Shown: positions 1-15,254, counted from the stretch's first letter. The stretch is DNA of 64,000 nt from Amphiscolops sp. MND2022 (GCA_964187785.1 OZ076413.1:49974001-50038000); one strand, 5' to 3'. Translations and numbers: made by a program. Notes: a model not told the origin generated them from the sequence alone.

Positions 1-580
1 CCCGTCTTTGCGACGGTGAGGGCGAGCGTGCATTTATCGGATATGCCCCACATTATATTTTCGCTCTCAAAAAGTCTGTTTTTGCAGATGTAGACAACTG
101 CCTTGCCCACTTTGCCGAATTTCGATGCCCACTTTGCCGAAAAAAAATTCGGCAGAATGGGCAAGGTAGAGACACTTTGCCGATTTCGGCAAAATGAGTT
201 TCGGCAAACGGTTGGCTGTAAATGGGTCGAATTTTTCTGGTCGAATGGACAGAGGTCGAACCTTTTGATCGAATTGCAGGGATCGAATGGAATGCGGTCG
301 AATTTTATCGTATTTGTTGTATGGCTCGGTCGCTTCGCTCCTTCGCCAAGTAGCAACATTGAGGCATGGCCAGATGGCACGTCGCTCCGCTTCGCTTCGC
401 TCCTGCATTCAGGGCACTAGGGGTATGTGAACATATCTGACTACGTTATAAAAATTTCGATCCGAGTTGTTTCGATCCCTTTCAAAAATTTGGTATGTCG
501 ACCTGAGGACTAACTCTTGATTTTCGATCCCGTTCCTTCGACCTACTTCCGCCCACCCTCGGCAAAATGTCCCATTTTCC
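1..580. mobile_element. Right part of a non-autonomous MULE-like MITE (cut by window start)
   Basis: TTGCCGA/TCGGCAA short repeats; 215-558 is nearly identical to 14593-14940, inside a TSD-bounded MITE; ends ...GGCAAAATGTCCCATTTTCC. Confidence 0.6.
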
Positions 581-780
581 TCATAAGCACATCCGAATCT
601 AACCCTCTATACTCCAAAACTAACGTGGCTCTTTCTCTTTTTGCTGTCTTCTCCACGTTATCCGCATCCTGCGTTTTCACCACTTTTCCAGACAAGAACT
701 TTTCCATAGCAGTGCGAACAATGGGTTTCTAGAAAGAGGGCGGATACGATTTTTCTTCCCATATCTTGACAAAGGGTAAC
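581..780 (-). pseudogene. Penelope-like retroelement fragment (region between RT and GIY-YIG)
   Basis: Minus-strand translation WEEKSYPPSF*KPIVRTAMEKF...ATLVLEYRGLDSDVLMRK resembles the 'N.YP..F...I...L.YRG..S' stretch of PLE proteins (recognised from memory); one in-frame stop. Confidence 0.45.
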
Positions 781-785
781 TTGGT

Positions 786-2125
<1,340 letters not shown>

Positions 2126-2519
2126 GATCTGAGGGACAATTTAAAGCGGATTTTGGTATTATGATACCAATTTAAAGTGTCCTCATTGCGTGGAGTGCCA
2201 ATTTAAAATGGCCTAATACTGAGTATTAATTTTAAAATGTCCTCTGTTAGCTTACTACCGTCAGTATTCGAAGTACCATTTTAAAATAATTTGCACAGAG
2301 TAGAAATATCCTATTATAGACGTTAATCAGGCGATTGCCTACTTTGGACGTTAGTCACGGTAAAACCTGTTTTAGACATAAGTCACGCAAAACCATGTTT
2401 TGGACGGTTGTCTCGCGAATACCGATTTTAGACGTTAGTTCTGTGAAATCATGTTTAAGACGTTAATTACGCGAATAACTATCATAGACGTTAGTCACGT
2501 GGTTCCTAGTCACGAATAG

Positions 2520-4800
2520 TTAATATTCGAAATAATTGAATGAATTTTCAAAAAAATTTCAAAATAATTTCAGAAAATAGAAGTTTTTCATGATATTTTT
2601 GGAAGAACTTCCAAAAAAGTTATTAAAACAAAATTTCCAGGTTGGGGGGGGGGGGGGTAGTAGTAGTCACGTGGTTTCTAGTCACGAATAGTTAATATTT
2701 GAAATAATTGAATGAATTTTCAAAAAAATTTCAAAATAATTTCAGAAAATAGAAGATTTTCATGTTATTTTTGGAAGAACTTCCGAAAAAGTTATTAAAA
2801 CAAAATTTCCAGGTTGGGGGGTTCTACGGGTTCCGGACGTTTCGGCACAAGACGTTTCGGCAACAAGATGGCGGAAGACGTTTCGGCAACTTTTTGTTGC
2901 CGAAACGTCTTTGGTGCCGAAACGTCTTCACAGCAGGTGAAAGACGTTTCGGCAACATTTTGTGACTTTTTTGACTTCTTAAGAATAAATTTTTACTTTT
3001 CGTGAATGTCTCGCAAAAGTTTCAGTACTTTCCCCTTCTAATGTGGGGGCATATTAGGTGTATGCACGCTCGCCCTCACTGTCGCAAAGACCAGCTCCCA
3101 CTACGATCGCTTCGCGATCTCCGTTTCCGCTAGGTCTTTGCTCCTGTTCGACCTCGCTTAGCAAGATGGGAATATAAGCGGCCCCAAGGGGCCGCGGGGC
3201 ACTAGAGGAAATGGGGACATATATGGGGCACGTTTCATACTAAAGAAAACTACAGATTATTCTTCTTGTTGCCGAAACGTCTTTGGTGCCGAAACGTCTT
3301 CACAGCAGACGAAAGACGTTTCGGCAACATTTTGTTGCCGAAACGTCTTCCGCCATCTTGTTGCCGAAACGTCTTGTGCCGAAACGTCTTGTTCCCGGTT
3401 CTACTTCCCAGGTACGGCATTCAATGACGAACTGATCGGTACCAACCCCCCATAGGTATCTTTCTTGTATGAAGAAAATTTAACAAAATAATTTCTGAAA
3501 AAGAAAACTTTCATGTTTTTTTTGAAAGAACATCTAAAAAAACTATAAATACAAAATTTCCATGTTAGGGGTTCTACTTCCCAGGTATTGCATTTATTGA
3601 TGAATTGAATGGTACCTACTCCCCATCTGTATCTTTCTTACATGTAGAGAATTTAACAAAATAATTTCAAAAAATATTCAGAAAATTGGAAATTTTCATG
3701 TTATTTTTAAAAGAACATCAAAAAAAGTTATCAAAACAAAATTCCCAGGCTGGGGGGTTCTATTTCCCAGGTAGTGGGTTCAATGGCAAATCGAATGGTA
3801 CCTACCCCCCATCTGTATCTTTCTTGTATGTAGAGAATTTAACAAAATAATTTCAAAAAATATTCAGAAAATAGGAAAGTTTCATGTTATTTTTGAAAGA
3901 ACATGAAAAAAATTATCAAAACAAAACTCCCAGGCTGGGGGTTCTACTTCCCAGATAGTGGGTTCAATGGCAAATCGAATGGTACCTACCCCCATCTGTA
4001 TCTTTCTTGTATGTAGAGAATTTAACAAAATAATTTCAAAAAATATTCAGAAAATAGGAAATTTTCATGTTATTTTTGAAAGAACATCAAAAAAAGTTAT
4101 CAAAACAAAATTCCCAGGCTGGGGGTTCTACTTCCCAGGTAGTTGGTTCAATGGCAAATCGAATGGAACCTACCCCCCATCTGTATCTTTCTTGTATGTA
4201 GAGAATTTAACAAAATAATTTCAAAAAACATTCAGAAAATAGGAAATTTTCATTTTATTTTTGAAAGAACATCAAAAAAAAATTTAAAACAAAATTCCCA
4301 GGCTGGGGGGTTCTACTTGCCAGGTAGCGAATTCAATGGCAAATCAAATGATACCTACCCCCCATCTGTATCTTTCTTGTATGTAGAGAATTCAACAAAA
4401 CAAGTTCAAAAAGTTTCTGGAAAATAGGATATTTTTAGGTTATTTTTGAAATAACATCAAAAAAAGATATTAAAACAAATTTCCCAGTCTGGGGGTTCTA
4501 CTCCTCAGGTAGTGAATTCAATGGCAAATCGAATGGTACCTACCCCCTATCTGTATCTTTCTCGTATGTTGAGAATTGAACAAAACAAGTTCAAAAAATT
4601 TTCAGAAAATAGGATACTTTCATGTTATTTTTAAAAGAACATCAAAAAAAGTTATGAAAACCAATTTCCCAAGTTGGGGGGTTCTACTTCCCAGGTACTG
4701 CGTTCAATGACGAATCGAATGGTACCAACCAGACATCTGTATCTTTCTCATATGTGGAGAATTTAACGAAACAATTTCGAAAAATTTCCAGAAAATAGGT
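2520..4800 (+). repeat. ~180-bp tandem repeat, about 10 units
   Basis: Unit TTCTACTTCCCAGGTAGT...GGTACCTACCCCCCATCTGTATCTTTCTTGTATGTAGAGAATTTAAC...CAAAATTCCCAGGCTGGGGG; also at 8760-9390 and inverted at about 6800-7090. Confidence 0.9.
2828..3396. mobile_element. MULE-like MITE inserted in the 180-bp repeat
   Basis: 8-bp TSD GGTTCTAC (2820-2827 and 3397-3404); removing the element restores the repeat unit; GGG...CCC ends; TIRs built of GACGTTTCGGCA repeats. Confidence 0.85.
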
Positions 4801-5092
4801 GTGAAAAAAGTGTGAAAGTTCTTGTACACTCGAATGTGTGAAAGCAATGTTCTCAACTTGAATGATTGACAAGCTGAATTTCAGAGTTCAAAGTTTTGAA
4901 ACATTTTGTTGACCAACATATATAATAATTTCCCGTCCTTTTGATTTAAGATGAATGATATAATATATATGATATAATCTATATAGTATAATATAGATTA
5001 AACTTCAAACAAATCTGTTTTAAATATGAAAATATTAAATCGGAAACTAAAAGAGTTAGACAATTTTTAATGGCATATTTGGACTCGTATAG

Positions 5093-5261
5093 AAGTGGGA
5101 CCAGAGCGGTCTCAGATGAACAATCTCCACTTGGCTGAACCTTGATGCCCTCGAGGCATAACTGCATGAAATCACTCCTGTATTTCATGCAGTTATGTCT
5201 CGAGGGTATCAAGGTTGAACCAAGTGGAGATTGTTCATCTGAGACCGCTCTGGTCCCACTT
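5093..5261. repeat. ~170-bp near-perfect inverted repeat (hairpin), copy 1
   Basis: AAGTGGGACCAGAGCGGTCTCAGATG...CATCTGAGACCGCTCTGGTCCCACTT, about 80-bp arms and a short loop. Confidence 0.95.
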
Positions 5262-8153
5262 AGTAATCGCGTGTTTTGAATTTGCACAGTAATGACGTAA
5301 TCGCGTAATGACGTAAGTCGCGTGTGTAGTGTATGCTGGCAGTGTGAACGATTACATGTACTAACTCACGCCACGTACTGCATACATGCAATCATAAATC
5401 AATCAGTTAATCAATTGGCTGCTCAATGAACAGCCAGTTCATGCACAGTGTGGCTTAACATCATATTTCTTAAGATTCTTCAAATCTACAATAGTCATAC
5501 TTTTCAAGTTGACGTTACAATTGACATTTGTCATAAATGAATAGATTTCATATTCCTTATTATAACATAGTTTTATTTCATGCTATTTATTACTCACCCA
5601 GATAATTAAAGTTAGTTTTCGGAATTATGGCTATGAATATTCGGAGCTATGGGCAGTCACCTCCTTTCCTCTGGTCGTAATCGAATTACTTGTTATTTTT
5701 CACAAACTAACTATCTATTTTTCACATTATTACTAAATTATTATCATTTGAAACCATTGACAAAGTCTTATTTCACCCAGGTGCAAACGATGTCGACAAA
5801 AAGGTATTTGAAACCTTGTGTTCTATACGCCCACCTTGAGACCCCTTGGAGATCCGTGTTTTTTTTTAAAAATTGTTATTACCCAAATGTTTTTCGACGA
5901 AATAAGATCTAAAGGGATCTATTTTTTGAATATTTTTTGAAACTATTTTGTTAATTTCTCCACACACAGGAAAGACACAGATAGGGGTTGGTGCCACAAT
6001 TAAATGCCACAAAATCTTGCGATTGGTTTAACATTGGCCAATCAGATGCGAAGCATTCAACACGGCCCAATAATTTCAATTGAGACACTTTGTTCCAGAA
6101 CAAAGTGTGCTTTCGTGTTTTGTGGGGGGGGGGTGCGAAATTCGCAATAGATTTTTTATAGAATGATAATAGAAATTTGATCGAAAGCACCAATAACAAG
6201 TACAGAGGAACAAAATGAGGGACGAAACTCAAGAACACATTCTCTTACTGAAATCGTTTTTGAAGGAAGAATACGGATTTTTAATACGTGATTTTTAATA
6301 ATACGGATAACCCCGCTTAGATTTTGATTCAACCCGCAACTTTCCAAACAAAATAAGGGTGTGTTAGTTTCCCCCCAACTTAGTTTTATGAAAACGTCCT
6401 GTCTATCCCCCACATTTCCCCAAAAATTAAATAAATGTATTTAAAAATTTTAGTAGGGAAAAAATTTTTTTTAATTATGTTTTATTTATACAATATAATT
6501 TAATTTTATCTAATATAAAATAATATAATATACATTTATACAGTTATTTATCAACATATTTGCAAGGTTACATATATTTAAAAACAAATTTTTTCACAAT
6601 GAAAGTTATGAACGGAAAGATTTTCCAAAATTCATTGTTATTCGATTTGAAAATTCATTGTTATTAGAATTGGGGGGATTTAACAGAAAAGATTCTCTAT
6701 ATTATATTTTTAATGTTAGTTATTGTTATTGTGTGAATAATTGTTAGGTTATTTTATTTTAATTTAAATTAATTTTTAAAAAATAATAATTGAGAATTTC
6801 TGAATTTCTGAATATTTCTGGAAAATTATTTTGGTAAATTCTCTACATACAAGAAAGATGTAGATGGGGGGTAGATACCATTCATTTGGTTATTGAATGC
6901 AGTACCTGGAAAGTAGAACCCCTAACCGGGGAATTATGTTTTTATATATTTTTTTCATATTCTTTCAAAAATAACATGAAAGTTTTCTAATTTCTGAATA
7001 ATTTTGGAAATTTATTTTGTTAATTTATCCACTTAGAGAAAAGATACAGATGGCGGTAGGCGCGATTCGACTTGTCATTGAACGCAGTACTTTAGTTGAC
7101 TAATTCTTAATAACAGGTATAACATACAATGTATAACATACCGTATGTGTGACAAATTATAAAATCAAATAACTGATTGGCGAATGCGGCAGCCAATCAA
7201 ATTTGAGCATGACGTCTTTTATTTAGGTACCAGCAAAAATTTCATGTTTGCTGATTCGGGGGTGGGGGGGTTGTTGTAAATTTATAAATTCTTATTTCCC
7301 CCATCAGGTACACCTTTTTACTGAATTCACCCATTTTTAGAGAACAACGTATTATTTTTTCTTTCTGATTGATTTCTCCTTAGCATGACAAACGTCTAAA
7401 ATTAGTTGTTTTCTCATCAGCATGACAAACGTCTAAAATCAGTTGATTTCTCCTTCGCATTCCCCACAAGGGGTACCTGGGGAGATCAGATGACGTGGTC
7501 CACGAATTTACAGTGTTTCATATAAATTCATAAACCCACTGAATTGTAAAATATGTACTTTTCAAAGTTTTATAAGTTTTGAATTTTTGAAATTATTCTG
7601 TGAGACCCTCCAGAGGCCACGTTCGCGACGTGGGTCTTGTTATGGGCGACACTATGTGATCCCCTAACTGAGAGCCTCTTTAAAATTACATTATACTGGG
7701 AAAAGTGATATTTTGTTGTGAATGTATCATAGCAACCACTTGTTCCCGACATTTTTGTTATTACCTACCTTGGTGCAAAAATTTTAAAAAAATCTGTTTT
7801 TGAACTAAATGCTAGGGATTCTTTGTCCCACCAAGTTGTTGCTACCACGATTGTTCGACATACCAATTTAAAGTTGGTGGTGTTTATTTTGTCCTCATGC
7901 TACAAATTATGTTCAAATTGTCCTCGAAAAATTTTTCCTAATACTTACTTTCTGACGAAAGACAAAAATCTCCAAATACATTCTTTTTACGTTTTGGGAC
8001 CTTTTCTTACATTCTAGCCTATTTTTGTTCTATTAAGTTCTTCCACTGTTGTTTGTTTGGCACTTCCATTTCAAAATGCCAATTTAAAGTCCTGAACACT
8101 TTAATTTGTCCCAAGATTAACTACTACTAAGGACTTTAAATTGTCCTCCATAA

Positions 8154-8220
<67 letters not shown>
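8154..8220 (+). repeat. (TAC)n microsatellite, block 2
   Basis: Direct reading; separates the two large elements. Confidence 0.98.
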
Positions 8221-8221
<1 letters not shown>

Positions 8222-11200
8222 GATCTGAGGGACAATTTAAAGCGGATTTTGGTATTATGATACCAATTTAAAGTGTCCTCATTGCGTGGAGTGCCAATAT
8301 AAAATGGCCTAATACTGAGTATTAATTTTAAATTGTCCTCTGTTAGCTTACTACCGTCAGTATTCGAAGTACCATTTTAAAATAATTTCAGCAGAGTACA
8401 AAATATTTGGGACATTTATGAAGGAAATTACCGTTTCTTGATGTTAGTCACGCGAATTCTTGCTGTTTTAGACCTTAGTTACATGAGACTTCCTATTTTA
8501 GACGTTAGTGACGAATTTTCCTATTTTAGACGGTAGTCAGGCGATTGCCTATTTTGGACGTTAGTCACGCGAAACCCTATTTTAGACATTAGCCACGGGA
8601 ATTCCTTTTTTAGACGTTAGTAACGCGAATATCTGTTTTCGATGGTTGTCTCGAGATTACCTATTTTAGACGTTTGTCACGTGAAGTCCTGTTTAAGACT
8701 CCATGTAAAAAATTCGAAAACTATGGTACAATTTTTGACATGAAACGAATGATGAATTTAATGATACCTACCCCCATCTGTATCTTTCTGGTATGTAGAG
8801 AATTCAACAAAACGATTTAAAAAAATCAGATAAAAGGAAAATTTCATGCTATTTTTGTAAAAACATCAAAAAAATGTATTAAAACAAAATTCCCAGGTTC
8901 GGGGGTTCTACTACCCAGATATTGCATTCAATGACAAATCGAATGGTATCAACCCCTCATCGGTATCTTTCTTGTGTGTGGAGAAATAAACAAAATAATT
9001 TCAAAAAGTTTTCAGAAAATAGGAAAATTTCATGTTATTTTTGAAAAAACGTCAAAAAAGGTAGTAAAACAAAATTCCCAGATTGGGGGGTTTTATTTTC
9101 CAGGTACTGCAATCAAAGACGAATCGAATGGTACCTACCCCCCATCTGTATCTTTCTTGTATGTAGAGAATTCAACAAAACAAGTTCAAAAAGTTTTCAG
9201 AAAATAGGATATTTTTAGGTAATTTTTGAAATAACATCGAAAAAAGTTACAGAAACAATTTTCCCAGGCTGGGGGGTTCTACTTACCAAGTACTGCATTC
9301 CATGACGAATCGAATGATACCAACCCGCCATCTGTATCTTTCTTGTATGTAGAGAATTTAACGAATCAATTTCAAAAAGTTTTCAGAAAATATGTGTGAA
9401 AAAGTTTGAAAGTTCTTTGACACTCGAATGTGTGAAAGCAATGTTGTCAAATTGAATGATTGACTGAACTTCAACTGAACTTCAGCGTTCAAAGCTTTGA
9501 AACATTTTGTTGACCAACATATATAATAATTTCTGGTCCTTTTGATCTAATATGAATGATATAATATATATGATATAATATAAATAGAGTATAATATAGA
9601 TTAAACTTCAAACAAATATGTTTTAAATATGAAAATATTAAATCGGAAACTAAGAGCGTTAGACAATTTTTAATGGCATTTTCGGACTCGTATAGAAGTG
9701 GGACCAGAGCGGTCTCAGATGCACAATTTCCACTTGGTTCAACCTTGGTGACCCTCGAGGCATAACTGCATGGAATCACTACTGTATTTCATGCAGTTGT
9801 GCCTCGAGGTCATCAAGGTTGAACCAAGTGGAGAATGTGCATCTGAGACCGCTCTGGTCCCACTTCACCATTACTCACTGTATAATCCTCACACAGCCGC
9901 CACGTGTGGAGGTTGGCCATTAGAGCTCGGCCTGACTCGCCTTCCATACATGTAATTACATGTAATTACGTCACTGCGTGTGTTGGTTTACTTGTACATA
10001 CACACTCTGTAATCATGCACACACACATTCACACTTCATTGACACTTGTTCAGTGCAAAGAATGTTCTGCATACACTCACTGTACAGGGAATTTACATTA
10101 GTTACATTTCTCAGAATTAGAAACTGACAAACTTTTGCGAACTATATTTTATCAGTTATCAAAATCTGTACTATTCCTTGTTTTTTTAACGAATTATTTG
10201 GGGAATTATAACGCATCACTGCATTGACTCATGCGGGGACCATTGTCTTAGCCATTATGCATCAATGTATAATTTGCTTTTCATTTTATTAAAACAGTTA
10301 TTTCATTTCAGTTTCTTCAGTTATTTCTCACTTGTTCTTTAAATCAGTTATTTCATTTCAGTTTCGTCAGTTATTTCTTCACTTGCGAAACACTTTCTTC
10401 AGTTTCGCTTGTAAAAGCAATAGTGATCATTGTTAGCAAGCTTCCTCTAAAACTGCCAAACTTATTCGATGTCTTTCTATTTTATGAGTTATCAAAATCT
10501 ACTATTTAATACATTTTACAAATTATATGTGTATTATTTCCCCCCAGGTACGTCTTATTTCTAATTCACAAGCATGAAAAGAATTCAACCGTTTCTTTTT
10601 ACAAAGAATGTTTTAATATCTAAACTAGGAAAATTATATTGTACTAATATATCAAATATTTACATGTACATAAATTTGTGTTTTATATAAAATTTATTAT
10701 TTAAAATGTATACATTATAATAATATATTGGTAATCCCTGTTTTAAAATATAGCAACGCTGTGATTATGTGTCGTTTTCTTTGTGCATCTTTCTTGTATG
10801 TAGAGAATTTAAGAAAACAATTTCAAAAAACTTTCTAAAAATAGGAGTTCAACAGCAAAACATTATTTGAAAAATTGTGAAATTAGAAAGTCGTATTAAA
10901 AATGCAGTCAAAAATTACTAATAATATTAATAGTAGCAAAATTTACAGTGTGAGACGTTTACCTTTGCAATCGTTTACGCGAAACTGAAGGATTCCAATG
11001 AAGATTTCTAGTTTTCTGAGTTGTACGTTATTGCGCTTTCTCATTGGCCGAAAGTTCAACCAATCGTCAACTAAACTTTAAACTGAATTGATATAAATAC
11101 ATCCGGTATCAAGGGTGTTGAATTAATTATTGCAAAGAACAATTATTGGAACTATTTCCTTTTCCCCCACAATTTTCAAGATGACGTTTTTGCAATTAAT

Positions 11201-13423
11201 TATAATAACAAAAAGACTTGAATACAAACCAGAATCCTTCAAGACTAAATGTATTTCCAGAATGACAATTTATCATTGAGATACAAGCTTTGTGCCACAA
11301 ATTTCACCTATTGATTTTTTAAAAGTGAAAAAATAAATTATTGATTTTTGTAGGCCTAAGTTTAAACATATGGACTATTTTGAGTCAATATACTACAAGA
11401 CAATAATGAACATCCCTGTCCGGTGTAAAATTCACTCAGTTACTTGTTAGTAACAATTAATTGGTTGAACCTTCGTCCAATAAGGAAGCGGCATCGTAAT
11501 GAGTATATGCTTTCGTGTTGTGAGGGGGTGACTGATCGGAAACATATTATTATTTCTGGTACTGCTTTCGTTGACAAGTTTTTAATAACAGTTATAACAT
11601 ACAAAGTATAACATACCGTATGTGTGACAAATTATAAAATCAAATAACTGATTGGCGAATGCGGCAGCCAATCAAACTTGAGCATTTTAATTTAAATTTT
11701 AAATCTTTTCATTAGATACCAGCAAAGTTTTCATGTTTGCTTATTCGGGGGTGGGGGTTGCATATTTGTAAATTCTTATTTCCCCATCAGGTACACTTTT
11801 TTACTGAATTCACCCATTTTTAGTGAAGATCTTTTTGTTTTTTCATTCTTGAAGAAAAACGTCGACCAAAACCAAAATTATGAAGAAAATTTGCATCTAA
11901 CGGAAAAGATTCCTGAGAAAAAATTACTGAGAAAATTCATTTACTTGGTACCATGCTGCACTCAATTTGCGAAACGTGACTTTGTGATCTTTGCTCTCAA
12001 GAAAATCATATTAAAATAGAAAAAACAATAAAACACTTCAAATAAAACGGAAGATATGTACACAAAAGACACATTGGATGCTATCTATTTTTTTTTCGTC
12101 TTCATTAGTAGTTTAAGAAATCTTCAACTTGGACAGTAATTTTTCTGGAAAAACGCGACATTTCTTAATGAGCAATTTTACTGCAATTAGTTGATTTCTC
12201 CTTAGCATGACAAACGTCTAAAATTAGTTGATTTCTCATTTGCATGACAAACGTCTAAAATTGTTGATTTCTCCTTAGCATGACAAACGTCTAAAATTAT
12301 TGATTTCTCCTTAGCTTGAAAAACATCAAAAATTAGTTGATTTCTCATTAGCATGACAAACGTCTAAAATGAGTTGATATCTCCTTCGCATGACAAACGT
12401 CTAAAAGTAGTTGAATTCTTCTTTAAGTTAGAAGAAAGTTAGAACTGGGGAAAACGTCTAAAATTAGTGAATATTTCAACAGATTTCTCTTTTTTTTGAG
12501 TCTGTATATGTAAGTTTAAATATCCCCTTTGTTTTCTATTTTTCCCCTTCGTGATTCCAACACGAAATTGCATTCTATTCTCAGTTAAAGAGACAATACT
12601 CTAAGTTTGTACGTTAAAAAAAATCAGTGAAATATTTTTTTTCAAGAACAAAAGCGCCATCGTGTTGGAGGGGGGAGGGGTATTCCCCACAAGGTGCACC
12701 TGGGGATATCAGATGACGTGGTCCACGAATTTTACATTGTTTCTTAAATATACAATGATCTCACTGCGTTGTAAAATTTGTAATTTTCAAAGTTTTATAA
12801 TTTTTGAATTTTTGAAATTTTTCTGTGAGACCCTTCAGAGGCCACGTTCTCGACGTGGGTCTTGTTATGGGTGACACTATGTGATCCCCTAACTGAGAGC
12901 CTCTATAAAAATATATTGAATGGACTTGAATTGTTCATGTTTTGGATTTTATTCAAAACATCAATCTCTGTCCGACATCAGTTTCTTTTGTTTATATGGT
13001 TGTCACGCAGCTTGAGGAGCTTTTTAATGTCACGAAATTTCACGTCAAAGTAAAAAAATCTCTTTTTGAATTCATTGCTAAGGATTCTTTGTCTCACCAA
13101 GCTGTTGCTACTGAGGTTGCTCGACATACCAATTTAAAGTTGGTGGTGTTTATTTTGTCCCCATGCTAAAATTTATGTTCAAATTGTCCTCGAAAAATTT
13201 TTCTTAATACTTTCTTTTTGACGAAAGAAAAATATCTCCAAATACATTCTTTTTACGTTTTGGGACCAAAGCTACCTTCTAGCCCATTTTTGTTCTTTTA
13301 AGTGCTTTCACTGTTGTTTTTTTTTGGCACTTCCAATTTAAAATGCCAATTTAAAGTCCTGAACACATTAAATTGTCCCAAGATTAACTACTACTAAGGA
13401 CTTTAAATTGTCCTCCATAATAA
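8221..13423. mobile_element. Large non-coding transposon-like element, copy 2, inside (TAC)n
   Basis: Same termini, subterminal arrays (8430-8700; ~38-bp units at 12190-12470), 180-bp repeats and hairpin as copy 1, but a different middle section. Confidence 0.7.
9695..9866. repeat. ~170-bp hairpin, copy 2
   Basis: GAAGTGGGACCAGAGCGG...CCGCTCTGGTCCCACTTC. Confidence 0.95.
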
Positions 13424-13776
<353 letters not shown>

Positions 13777-13901
13777 TCCTGACATGGATATTGTTTCAAA
13801 TAAATTGTGACTTCCTTCCCTTGTTTTATGTTGTTTCATTTTACAAAATCTTCATCTCGTTTTATGACCTGCTTCAACAAAAGCATTTTCGTTTCACTTT
13901 C

Positions 13902-13943
13902 AGATAACTGATGATGGCTTTGAAGCCGAAAACATTTTTATTT
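13902..13943 (+). ncRNA. Degenerate minimal type I hammerhead ribozyme-like motif (Penelope type)
   Basis: AGATAA-CTGATGA-T-GGC-TTTGAA-GCC-GAAA-ACATT-T-TTATTT: core boxes, stem II and a 6-bp stem I with one G-U pair; stem III imperfect. Confidence 0.4.
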
Positions 13944-14385
13944 TTGTTACCAAGTTACCCTTTGTTATTTTAGTTTTAACATTGATCATTATCCGTTACA
14001 TGTTTTATCATCAATGTTTCTACCCTGGAAACTTTTCAGAATTTAATTTACCTAGTCGATTTTCCTGAAAAACCTAGTAAATTTTCCACCCAGTAACGAT
14101 TTACCTAGTCAACTAGTTGATTTCTCACACTCGCCCGCAAAAAGGGTTCTCAAAAGATCTTTATATAACTAGAAGAGTTTGAACTCAGATGATGAACTGA
14201 CCGGAAGTAAGAAAAATTTAAATGTCAGAAATGAAACTGCGCATGAAATTTACTACTGCAGAAAGAATTCATTCACATCATCCTGAACTACTGCTGCAGT
14301 TCTGTGAAAATCGTTTCACTGCAATTGATGTTCAAGCTTTTTTCGCAGTTTCGTCAAAAGTCTCGGCACTGATGGCATGTAATAT

Positions 14386-15254
14386 GGCGATGGGCGTTTG
14401 GATCGAATGAATTTGCGCGAATATGCAGCCTGTCATTGAGATCGAAGTAAAATCGTCAAAGAAAATGAGATCGAATCTATGTTTTCAAATACCTAGTGTT
14501 TTTAAATAACAATGTTTTTGGCCGTCGGATATGCCCCAATTTCCTCTAGTGCCCCGCGGCCCCTTGGGGCCGCTTTTCTTCCCATCTTGCGGGTGGCTGT
14601 AAATAGGTCGAATTTTTCTGGTCGAAAGGACTGAGGTCGAACCTCTTGATCGAATTACAGGGATCGAATGGAATACGGTCGAATTTTATCGTATTTGTTG
14701 TATGGCTCGGTCGCTTCGCTCCCTTCGCCAAGTAGCAACATTGAGGCATGGCCATATGGCACGTCGCTCAGCTTCGCTTCGCTCCTGCATTCAGGGCACT
14801 AGGGGTATGTGAACATATCTGACTACGTTATTAAAATTTCGATCCGAGTTGTTTCGATCCCATTCAAAAATTTGATATTGTCGACCTGAGGACTAACTCT
14901 GATTTTCGATCCCGTTCCTTCGACCTATTTCCGCCCACCCCCATCTTGCTTCATCTCTTGCTGCATCTTTTTCTTCCCATGCTTGCTTCATCCCTGTCGA
15001 ACAGGAGCAAAGACCTAGCGGGAACGGAGATCGCGAAGCGATCGTAGTGGGAGCTGGTCTTTGCGACGGTGAGGGCGAGCGTGCATACACCGTATATGAC
15101 CCCATATTAGGTGGAGAAAAGTACCTAAAATATTTTAAACGCTTTGCAGGAGCAAAAACCTAGCAAAAACGGAAAAATTCGATCTCAAAACCTTCGATCC
15201 ATTTTCGATCTCGCTTTTCGATCACACAAAAATTCGATCCAAAAATACCCCACC
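14386..15254. mobile_element. MULE-like MITE
   Basis: 9-bp TSD ATGTAATAT (14377-14385 and 15255-15263); GG...CC ends; inverted GATCGAA/TTCGATC repeats at the two ends. Confidence 0.8.

Noticed and set aside
3958..4427. ORFs in the 180-bp repeat and in Helentron-like repeats (for example 33268-33813, 32625-33140)
   Set aside because: Low-complexity K/F-rich translations; frames are broken by homopolymer indels between copies.
12190..12470. ~38-bp periodic repeats (also 2310-2500, 8430-8700) resembling a CRISPR array
   Set aside because: Units are contiguous and degenerate with no unique spacers, there are no cas genes, and the context is eukaryotic; they are subterminal transposon repeats.
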